A stretch of 56,626 nucleotides of DNA, filler included, from Asterionella formosa (Eukaryota), in the NCBI GenBank assembly GCA_002256025.1. It is 6 parts of 6 records of this genome, joined end to end, with 100 filler letters (N's around TTAATTAATTAA, not from the genome) between each part and the next. Parts side by side here need not be neighbours in the genome. Positions count along the whole stretch, not along the records: positions 28,399 to 37,745 come from NKIB01010768.1; positions 37,846 to 47,188 come from NKIB01010770.1; 4 more parts are not named here. One strand, given 5' to 3'. Shown in pieces: positions 33,253 through 43,658 of this stretch. Made by a program: the position numbers and the translations under genes. The notes below the pieces were generated by a model. That model was not told the origin of the DNA. It searched no databases and worked only from the letters and a program-made list of their open reading frames with translations. The stretch's first letter is position 1; each line of letters begins with the position of its first letter.

Positions 33253-36200
33253 ATGGCGAAACGAAGTACAAAAGCTAAACGCTCCTTGCAGGCCTTGCCG
33301 AAGGGTTTGCCAACAAAGAAGCGAGGGCATAGTACCGGTGGTGGTAGTACGGATATCAATCCATTTGACACGAACTCTCGGACGAAGAAACCGAAGCACG
33401 ACGTGCATAATCGTTTCAAAACCAAGTCACCAACCACCTCCAAATTGGCGCAATCCTTGTCTCGTCGACAAGAACAAGTTCAGCAACATTATCAAGATAA
33501 ACGTAAAGTCAATTCATTTATGGATTTACGAATGGGTGAATACGATGCCACAATGACGAAAGACCAACAACTTATGAATCGATTGGTGAAGGAACGTGCG
33601 CAGCGTTCTAAAAAGCATTCTAAATATTCACTTGAAGAGGAACAACCATTGACTCATGGAGGCAGAACCATTACGGAACAATCAATAAAGAATCATGTTA
33701 TTTTAAGTGACGATGAAGATGGTGGTGGTGGGAACTTGGAGGCCATGGATACAGAACTTCATTTTGGTGGTGGCAATCTTACCAGCAAAAGGAACAAGAG
33801 CAACAACCCATACGGTCCATCCGACACGAACATGGATTTAACGCAAGTTTATACTCAACGGAAAACGGAACTGGATGATTTTATTGCAAGACGAAAAATT
33901 GCAAAAGCAGAAAAGCTGCAATCAAAAGAACAACAAGCAGATGCATTTGGCACTATGGATGATTCTTTCAAGGAATTGGCACAATTGCTGCATTTTAGGG
34001 ATAAGAAACAAGAGCGTACGGAACGAGAATCTTTGAAAGCGCGGGGGCTGCTACCTCAGGAAGACCAAGAAATGGCTGATTGGGACAAGGAAATGAAGGA
34101 ATTCTTATTTCACAAAAAAGTCAAGGCCACGGATCGAACCAAAACACCCGAAGAAATGGCCAAGGAAGAAGCTGACCGCTTGCATAAATTGGAAACAAGA
34201 CGTATGGCTAGAATGAATGGAGACTTTGATGACGACGAGCTTTCGGATATATCTGGAGACGAAGGAAAAAACAAGAAGAAATATATTAAGAAACCATCAA
34301 AGAACGCAATGGCAACCGCTGAAAAATTAGACGATTCAGAGGACGAACAAGAAAAAGATCAAACCAAGGTTCGGTTCACTTCCGAAGGACTTGTTCAAAT
34401 TGATAAGGACGGCAATGTTGTTGGAAAAGTTGGAGAGGAAGAAGGATCAGATGAGTCGGAACAGGAGATTGATGAAGACGAGGAAGATGACGACGACGAC
34501 GACAACGCTGACAGTGATGGAGAGGACTTGCCAAAAGAAAAGGAGCTTGAGGGATACGACTCTTCTATTCTCTTGCCGATTGGAACCAGAGTTAATGGAA
34601 ACTATCGTGTCAAGGAGCAATTTGGCGAAGAACCCAAGTGGTACGCTGGCAAGATTACAAAAGTGAACAAGAACAAGGATAAAAGCTTCACTTACAATAT
34701 CGAATATGATGATGGGGATTTTGAAAATGAGATGGACCCTGAGAATGTTCATCCTCTTGCGAAGACAGCCCAGGAAAGCGACGCTGAAAGCAACCAGCTT
34801 CATGACGACTTGACTCTGAAAGAGAAGCGACAAAAAGCAAAACTCAAGGCTAGGTAAGTTACATTTGCTTTTTTTCTATATCGCTCAGGTGTTTGACAAC
34901 CAAAATTACGCGCACTGTGAAACCCTTGACACTGGTGACCGGAGATTCTAGCCGAACGTCTTGTTCAGCTTTATCTCCCGCGGCTGGTTGTGTACTCCGA
35001 GATTAATGCCTATGCCTCATAGTACCCTCGAAACGATTTTTTCACTTTCCGGTGTCTCCTTGGTTACAACATTTTATTTTCACTAACACTCTACAACACA
35101 CTCAGACAAGAAATGCCATATGTCTTCGAGGTGCCCACAACACTGGAGGCTTTACACGATATGATTGGACGATATGCTGCCACTGGGAATGAAGCATCTC
35201 TTATCATTCATCGTATCCACGCATCCAACTCGGTTCGACTCAACAAGAGAAACGGAGAAAAAATGCAAAACTTTTATGATGTTGTATTGCGACGCTTTGT
35301 GGCAGTCGGCGATGCGATTTATTCGTCTGGAGATGGTGGACCGGAACTTGGTCGGTATGAACAGCTCAACGCCTTGACTAAGGTGCTATATGGTATGTCA
35401 CAAGATGCACCCGAGTCTGCTGGTGCCGTGTGGGGCCGCCGTTTGGGGGTGATTCAGAATGCTCATGCCAAGCGGCTACGGGATGCAGATTTTGTATCGC
35501 CAGAGGACGACAATGACGACGACTTCATCACGGCATGGCCATCCACTGGAGTGATCCTCCTGCTCAAGACTGTTGGTCACATCTTTCCTGTGACTGATCT
35601 TCGGCATCAGGTCGTGACTCCCACCATACTGTTGCTTGGTCAAATGTTGGCGCAAACTCCAGTTAGATCAGTGCATGATTTGGCAATGGGCGTTCTATGT
35701 TGCGGCCTCATGATTGAGTATACGAAAGGAGCCAAGCGTATTTCTCCCGAGGCCCTTGCGTTCCTCGCTAGTGTTTTGCGACTTTTTGCTCCGTTCGCAA
35801 ACAAGACTCCTGTTCCTACTATAGAGGCAGCTTGGCAAATTCCTGAATTGAAGTCTCTACGCAAAAGTCTAGAAGGTATGGACTTGGATGGAATTCCAAA
35901 ACTGTCCCTAGAACGAGATTCCATTCAAGAACCAATCACGGCAGCTGGTGTATTGGCGTCTGCCCTGGAACTGGTGGAAGTTTCGGCAGAAGCACTCAAT
36001 GAAGCGTTGGACAATGGCGAATCAGAAGCTTTTGCCGAAGTTTGTTCTGCACTCTTGGCTATAAAGGCCAAATCAACGAATATGCCTCTCCCGAATGCTC
36101 TTGCCAACAAGGTGGTTCAATGCGCAAGTGCTGTTTCAGAGAGTATTGCAGGCGCCCGACAACCTCTTCAACGCAGGGCAGCACCTGAAAAAGAAACCAT

Positions 36201-36570
36201 CAAGTCACTTGCTCCTCGCATGGAAGATCCATCAAAGTATACTTTCTCTAAGGACAAGGGCAAATCCGCGAAACAAGCTGAATTGGACCGAAATCGCCGA
36301 GAATATAAGCGTGAACACAAGGCTGTTTCTCGTGAGCTTCGATTGGACTCTGTCTTTGTGGAGAAGGAGCGTCGCAGAGAGAAGGACAGCAAAGACCAGA
36401 AGGCCAAGGACAAGCGAAACAAAAATTTTGCCTGGTTGGAAGGAGAACAGGCTGCTATGAATCAACAAGTCGCTCAAGGTGGTGGTTTGCTTTCTGGTGG
36501 AGGAATGGGAGCTGCACGAGCAAAGGCAAGGAGTGGAAAAATGGGTGTCAAAAAGGGTGGCAAACTCTAA
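33253..36570 (+). CDS. NOP14: Nucleolar protein NOP14 (40S biogenesis) with a Tudor-like insertion (exons 33253-34853, 35106-36570)
   Basis: Motifs NPFD, FMDLRMGE, LTHGG, ATDRTKTPEE, LETRRMARM, MPYVFEVP, FPVTDLRHQVVTP and KREHKAVSRELRLDS. The intron at 34854-35105 (GTAAGT..CTCAG) keeps the frame. Confidence 0.95.
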
Positions 36571-37019
36571 CCATCATAGGTCCCAGTCAATCGAGTTGCC
36601 TGAATACCGAGAGTAGACCCATATGTTGGTGAATACTGTAACATTGATTCCTGATAGTAAGGATTTCCTTATTTTCTCCTGCCATTATCAGTACCCATCG
36701 TGTGTGTACCAGAGTTTAGCTGTTCCAAACATTATTCTGTCATTATATATTGAACCCTTTCTCTGGACTGCGTGAATTGATGATGCGAGGACCAGGCGAA
36801 GCTAGAAAAGTGAGGTTTCGCCTTTGCAATGTATATACCCAGTAGCCATGGCGTAGAAGGCATAGCTGTACGAGATGCAACATGAACGGAAAATGATGTT
36901 GATCCTATGTGTTTATCTTTTTGTGTACCGGTACACACATCTGAACATATGTTGGTTCTCAACCCAGGTACTTTTTGCACAAACAAACTTCATAGCAAAA
37001 ATGCACTACATCATTGCCT

Positions 37020-37745
37020 CTATTCTCCCCGGGCTCCCTCCACCAACCTGAAGAAATAGGCAGTGCAAATGCCCCCAACTACCCACACGTATCCATCCAT
37101 CTGTTCCAGCAACTCAAACCGATATGGAGTTTCTGCTCCATTCGTGTTCGCGACTGTACCCGATGTGGGAATTTCATAGTCAGTAGTGATGACAATCGTC
37201 CCCACCTTGCACTGCGTTCCGACAGCTTTGCTGATCATTTCCAATACCTCCTCTGACATACATGACGCTGCTGCAAAGAAGACGTCAACGTCACCGATAA
37301 ACGTAGCAGAATCCCCAATAGACGCACATTGTAGATTCACGGGGGACATGATGAGAGGTGTTGATTTTTGCGATAGAGCAAGACCGTCCTGACACTTTGC
37401 GATAGTCGCCACAGCCAGATTGTGACAGCCAGGTAGGAACTCTACACCTCGACAAAGTGCCAAGCCAGGATGAAGTGCCGCAGCACTAACGACGAGTCTA
37501 CCAGTTCCACTTCCAATGTCACAAAACGTGCTGTCCTTCCATCCATTCTCCGAAACAAAGTCGTTTGCTTTATCTAGGAGTTGCGCGAAGAAGGGCAAGT
37601 CAATCTCGCCGTAGGTGTATTCAGGGGGAGGAGTTTGTCCGTCCTTGACAAACGGCCAGTAGCCATCAGTTCGGGAGAGGGCATTTCTCTGCGATAGTTC
37701 AGATGGTGGATAGAGCAAATCTAATCCATCAATAACGTCAGAGTA
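37020..37745 (-). CDS. DOT1-like class I SAM-dependent methyltransferase, 5' end cut by contig edge
   Basis: Motifs YTYGEI, FCDIGSGTGRLV (motif I) and RGVEFL. The frame is open to the gap. Confidence 0.8.
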   Translation of the reverse strand, partial: YSDVIDGLDLLYPPSELSQRNALSRTDGYWPFVKDGQTPPPEYTYGEIDLPFFAQLLDKANDFVSENGWKDSTFCDIGSGTGRLVVSAAALHPGLALCRGVEFLPGCHNLAVATIAKCQDGLALSQKSTPLIMSPVNLQCASIGDSATFIGDVDVFFAAASCMSEEVLEMISKAVGTQCKVGTIVITTDYEIPTSGTVANTNGAETPYRFELLEQMDGYVWVVGGICTAYFFRLVEGARGE

Positions 37746-37845
37746 NNNNNNNNNNNNNNNNNNNNNNNNNNNNNNNNNNNNNNNNNNNNTTAATTAATTA
37801 ANNNNNNNNNNNNNNNNNNNNNNNNNNNNNNNNNNNNNNNNNNNN
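37746..37845. other. Artificial contig-joining spacer
   Basis: N44-TTAATTAATTAA-N44. Confidence 0.98.
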
Positions 37846-38965
37846 TTGATAGTCAAATCAGGCCAACAGAACTTTCACAATGAGGTATTGCTCTCCAAGA
37901 GCGACTTTTCACTCCAAAATGAAGACAGTCAGAGGTACTCCTTGCATCGTTTGTTTGCCCATGCTACTATGGACTGAGCCCAAACAGTTCCCGCTTTTCA
38001 ACGACAAGTTCTTATCAATCCCCATAGCCATGGAGGTGAAATCAATCAAGTTTTCGATGAAATTAAAAATCAATTTCAGCAAATCAAGGCAAGAGCGATT
38101 GGCAGCAAGCCCGCCAACTTATTCCCCACTTTCAAAAACAAGATTGTCTCAATTCCCATGGGGACAGAGGTCAAATCATTTCAGTTTGTGATGACATTGA
38201 AAATCAATATCAACAGCTGCAAGAAAAATTGGCAGCAAATCCAAATGTATTGCAGCTTGTAGATGGAGATGATGAGGTACCAGCGGAGATATTCAGTGGA
38301 CTGTGTTTTGTCTGGAAAATAAGTTCCATGCTGCAGACGCCATTGTACAAAGGATGCTACAGTAACAAAGGACTGTGGTGAACACAATATCTTCATTTAC
38401 AAGCACAGTTAATGTATTTTAGTTTATGGCAACGTTGACGATGTAGTGACATTAAAGCTAACAAACAAATGTATAGAATGATATAATGTTCTCTGTTTCT
38501 TCATTTCGCCTTATAGTCATCAATCAGTGCAGACATTGCACATGAATTGATAGTGGCTGCGACTGCTAAGATTGTATTGCAGGTGGATTGTGAACATGAA
38601 GACATGATCACAACAAAACTGGAAGCAGACGAGGATTGATGATACCTTTAGGATGATTGATGTGTATATGTATATGCATACCGACATCTTTTTTGGTAAG
38701 AGCAAGCCATTTCGGGTATGAGCAAGCAAGTCTTGAAATATTACGGGAAATTATATGTAGTCATTCATGCCTAAGCATCTTCTTATATAATGCACTGTCA
38801 TTTATAACTGTAAAATATTTGGTCAACACAAACACAAATTTTGGGGTTAAGGGTACAACGATTTGTGTTATAATACACATGATAAAATAATTTTTTAATA
38901 TCAGAGCGCGCCCAATAATTCCATCGTGTGATGTTTTTGTTATTGTACCTGGTACCAGGTACACC

Positions 38966-40000
38966 ATGGTGTCGTCATATCAGTGTTTCTTTGTTCTCGC
39001 CATCTTTTGCTTTAGCATACCAGTAGCGCGAGGATTCACCGTCTCTACAAATCCGATTCCGGTGTCGAGCAAAAGAAGTGAAACTGTATGTGCATTATTT
39101 CAGGACGGAATTTTGTACGACGAGCCTGTCTTTCGCCCCCCAGCAGAGTGGCGCTCATTGATTTTGCAAGTCACAATTGGCTGCAGTTGGAATAAATGCA
39201 CTTTTTGCGAAATGTATCAGACAAAAAAGTTTAGAGCAAAACCTTTGGATCAGGTTGAACTGGAAATTAAGGCGTTTGCTGCTGAATCTGGAAATGTCAG
39301 AGATATATTTCTGGCCGACGGCGATGCCATGACGTTACCCACTAAGCATCTCTTGGCATTGTTGGGGCTGATAAATCTTTATCTCCCCGAAGTGAGACGG
39401 GTATCCAGTTATTGCTTACCAAGAAACGTAGCTCACAAATCTGTGGAAGATTTAACAATGTTGAAAGACGCGGGTCTGTCCTTGGTTTATGTAGGATGTG
39501 AAAGTGGAAACGATACTGTTCTGAGTGCAGTGAACAAAGGAGAAAGTTTTCATTCATCAATCAATGCTCTCACAAAATTAAAAGAGGCTGGAATCAAACG
39601 TTCTGTCATGATTTTACTCGGCTTGGGAGGTCGTAAATTATCCATGCAACATGCCCTATCATCAGCAGAGTTGTGCAGTGTATCATCGCCAGAGTTTCTA
39701 TCCGTGTTGACAACCTCATTCCCACGAGGTATGAATCGGATAGATGCAGGATTTGGTGGGGATTTTCAGCCACTAACCGCTCGCGAAGCATTATTGGAAC
39801 TTAAGACTTTTCTGGAAGGCATTGACATAGCCACCAACAAAACAATATTTCGAAGTGATCACGCGTCCAATTACTTGGTTTTGAAGGGTCGTTTAGGAAG
39901 GGATAGAGACACGATGATAAGTGAGCTGACCGCAGTTTTGAACGACCCAGAGGAGGACGACTTTTACAAATTGCGTCCAGAATGGGCAAGAGGTCTTTAA
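38966..40000 (+). CDS. Radical SAM protein with a bipartite (plastid-type) presequence
   Basis: CxxxCxxC motif in GCSWNKCTFCEMY; also FLADGDA, VYVGCESG and FRSDHASNYL. The signal peptide ends ARG-F. Confidence 0.92.
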   Translation: MVSSYQCFFVLAIFCFSIPVARGFTVSTNPIPVSSKRSETVCALFQDGILYDEPVFRPPAEWRSLILQVTIGCSWNKCTFCEMYQTKKFRAKPLDQVELEIKAFAAESGNVRDIFLADGDAMTLPTKHLLALLGLINLYLPEVRRVSSYCLPRNVAHKSVEDLTMLKDAGLSLVYVGCESGNDTVLSAVNKGESFHSSINALTKLKEAGIKRSVMILLGLGGRKLSMQHALSSAELCSVSSPEFLSVLTTSFPRGMNRIDAGFGGDFQPLTAREALLELKTFLEGIDIATNKTIFRSDHASNYLVLKGRLGRDRDTMISELTAVLNDPEEDDFYKLRPEWARGL

Positions 40001-40071
40001 TTGTAATCCAATAGCGAAAAGAAAAATTACTCTAATAAAAACCCACTCAATAGTTGTTCAACATTTCCTCC

Positions 40072-41832
40072 TTAAATTTTTTCATCTGTTGTACTCTCTT
40101 CATTGTATGGGGTCGGCTCTGATATAGACGGAAACATGTGCATTTTAAGGCCGTCTTCAAGTACCTCTTCGATGGTTGCTATCTGAGGATACCTTATCCT
40201 TCTGTTTCGGTTCCTCGATCCACACTCGAATTTTGCCCAGATTCCGTCAAGGGCTTTTGTTGCTGCTTCAGTCGCAGGTTTCATAATTAAACAGCATTCC
40301 TCTGCTCTTGGAAGAAAACGCTCCATACTCGCAAGAACTACAAAGTGAGAATCATCTGGCGACAGCCGGGTGAGATTATATTTTCTCATCAGAACTGCAT
40401 AATTCTCAATTACACCCCAACCTCCGAGCTTTCGAATTTCTTCTTTCACACCCGGCCAGTTTATGAGATCGATCAGAAATTGACAGGCTTTCGCGGCGGT
40501 CAAAAACCGTTGAGCCTCGCTAATATCATGCAAAACTTCGTCTATATCAATGTCGTCATTGACGACCGGCTTTCTTCGACCACCGATCCCTTGTTGTGAT
40601 TGTGAACTTGTACAGAATGCGCTCGGTAAATTAGGAATAATAAAGGTATCATCAAGAAATAGTGAATGGCCAAAATATTGGTCAACTGCTTGCAAGGCAA
40701 GACTGAAGACAGACGAGATTGACCCATCAGAAACGGCGGTATCACCTCCTGCACTATATCCTTCCGGCTGCCTCATCTCTAGCATTTCGCTAATTTTCGA
40801 GAGACGCGTATTACACTTGCCTAGCGACTTGTCGTCCAGATCGGGTGAAACGGAAACCTTAAAGTACATTGGATTGAAAAATCGTCGCAGATGGAAACGG
40901 ATTCCCTGTCCCAAGGCCAAACCTAGCTGTTTTTCCAACTGAAGTGATCCCTCAATTTCAGCTAATGGCTTGTTTCGTTCAAGCGAGTTTTTAATTTTTA
41001 CGAGGTCATCGTGATAGGTGAAAGCGGCTTTTCCAAAGCGTTCTGCGTGCCAAGCAAATGGCATGGCAGCTGCACACTCACTACGAAGTTTGTCACCAAC
41101 TTGATTTTCTTCACAGCCCGCAATATCTTCAAACTTTGCAAGAAAATCGATGAGCGACTTCAAGCACGACTTTACTTCCACTTTTGAACCCTTTGACTTA
41201 ATAATAGCATCGACTTCGTTCAAGGCCTTCTCGAGTGCCTGAATGCTCTCTTCTCGTGGAATGTGCGAGCCAATGACATTGTCTTTCGGGGGCTTCGTTG
41301 AAGATCCATCAAAAGCTGCAAACTGTACTTTACGGTTCTCTACCTGGCGGCCTAAAGACGTGCTCTCAACATGAACCATCGCTTTCAGTAGATCCAACAA
41401 GGGTAACACGCACTTGACCGCTGTACCACGACGAGTAGACCGGTCGTCTGCTTCTGGTTCCAATGCTTCTGCTACTAAAGTGAAAGAGGCAAACAAGCGA
41501 GACGACATGCAGGGCTAGTGATTGTTCCAAGGCAAAGGACAGATGAGTGCTTGAATGGACTTCAGCAACAAGGAGCATATACAGCACGAGACACATACCA
41601 ATGCTGCTGCATTACATTCAGGAAAGAGAATGCTAACACGTTTGACGATTTCAGCCGCTGTTATGTCATAATCTGTCGATATCCTCGCTTTCTTGACAGA
41701 CGACAGTGGTTTTGTCTTGGCATCTCGCTTGTTCAAGTCCATGGACATGGTTGATAATGGCATCGCCTTGTCCTTGGACCCTTTGGAAACCGGTGGTGAA
41801 TCGACAACACTTCTTTCGCTCAAGGCAGTCAT
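40072..41832 (-). CDS. Hypothetical protein (exons ~41832-41599, 41514-40072)
   Basis: Two ORFs joined in frame by an 84-nt GTATGT..TAG intron (41598-41515). A further GTAAGT at 41936 suggests a 5'UTR intron. No family recognised. Confidence 0.7.
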
Positions 41833-42161
41833 TCTGTTCTCCAAGGTTAGGCGTGCAGCTCACAGAACGATGCACAGGTCTGGTGCAGTGCTCTTTTGAG
41901 TCAAGCAACAACAAAATTAGCACCTGTTAAACTTACATCACTGAAGACAATAATGTGGGAAAAAAAAAGTTGTTATTCTTTCGCTCGTCTGCTCACATTC
42001 GCCTGTGGTTTTTGAAAAAGGAAGAGCTGCTAATACGAGAAGAAATATTACCTAGCCCTTGGTACTGCCAGGTCGTCCTCTCCACTTTTACCGTTGCATA
42101 GTTAGTACCAGGTACATTTGATGTAGTATCGGTACTACCGATATTCGTTTATAGAACTATA

Positions 42162-42335
42162 GCAATTCCCGCTCCAGCTATCGTCTTGCCATTCGGCTAC
42201 TTTTAAGTAATATATAGGATCTAAGTAATTTCTTAAGTAATTTTTATTTACGGGCAATATTGGGCAAATCCAATTTTTCGGCATTAAAATTGCCGATTTT
42301 AGCATGACAGCCAGAATAACGGTACCTGGTAACAT
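42162..42335 (+). repeat. Dispersed repeat copy C (putative LTR part only)
   Basis: Closely matches 31654-31816 (gcaattccc..taagtaatttcttaagtaa..tttttcggcattaaaattgc..ttttagcatgacagccagaataacggta). Confidence 0.85.
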
Positions 42336-43658
42336 ACATAGAAATGGTACAACACGCGTAAAACAGAAGAGAATGATTGTAACCTGCAACATAAATGAAA
42401 ATTGAACATGATGTTTGGAGCAACCAAAGTATGAAATGCGGGGCTGCTCCAGCACTGTCGACTCCCTCTAGCTGAGAATTCTTACATAGCTTGTGATACA
42501 AACTCGTAGTAGAAAGGTACCAAAGCGCATTAGTACAAGAAAAGCATTGCACATCATGTTCAATGACTATACAAATCAACAAATAAGATCAACCACAATA
42601 CATCTTCAAAGAGTAGTCATTGATACAAACATATGCCCTTGTGTAGAAAGTTACACTCGAATCAAACCGACAGTGCGGAACGACAAACAACAGTGGATGC
42701 AATCAAAATGGACCATGGAAGCAATCAAATCGGAAATTCAACAACTAGTATCTACGATCACATTCAAAGTTTCCCTGTTGTACTCACCGATCCGCTCTAA
42801 CAAGCGTAACATGCAGCAGACAATGGGCTCAAAAGAAGGTCTAAAGATCCTGTTGCAAACCCGAATTGAACAACGGCAGACTGGGTAGAGTGTTCTATTT
42901 TAGTTGTCAGGACAAAATTGGGCATACGTAAAATCAATTTAGTAAACCAACCCAGCTGGCTTGTTGTTCTGAATTATATTTAGCCTTAATATGCTTTAGC
43001 CGAAAGTATGGCGACCAATCTATTTGCTTATTGTGCCATTTGCTTCCATATGTGATGCTTAATGTAGGACGGGTTTTCTTGAAGTAGCAATTTTGCTTAT
43101 AGTGTGACATCACCATCTCAACCAACTGCCATCACATCCACCTAGTTTACCAATACTATTGGTGAACACAAGGCTGAAGGTGAAGTATTTTTGCTTTAAT
43201 ACTTAGCTAAAAAGTACATTGCCCACAACATTGTATGGCTGAATTCATTCTCAAGGTATCCAAGGTACCAGGTAGTTTGCATATGAGCATTTACAATTAT
43301 TTAGATGAGACAATGCGATTCTTTTCTATTTAGAAAACACAAGAGTGCACCAGTAGTCATGGTGAGTGGCTATTGTAGGCATTTGCATTGAGCACTAATG
43401 CCCATCAATATGGCAAAAGTTGATAAATTCTGCTTTTCACAGGGACTTGCGTCATTAGCACTACACTGATACTCAACCCACAACTAAAGAAGGAGTACTT
43501 GTCCTAGAAAAGGAGCAGAAGTAACCAAAAATCCAGCAATAAAGTAAGAACCCTTTGCTGTCAGAACCATAAAGTTCGTTTAGATGGATTATCTCATCCT
43601 CTTGAACCATTTGTTGTAGGTATTTGCATGATATGTGGACACTTTCATGGTGAGCAAC

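Noticed and set aside
34854..35105. TPP riboswitch, U17/snR30 or RNase MRP RNA in the NOP14 intron
   Set aside because: The diagnostic motifs (CUGAGA..ACCUGA; AUAUUCCUA/AAACCAU; the GARAG P4 helix) are not properly present.
513..36570. Apparent cluster of ribosome/RNA-modification genes (SDA1, PUS7, NOP14)
   Set aside because: They lie on different contigs joined by artificial spacers.
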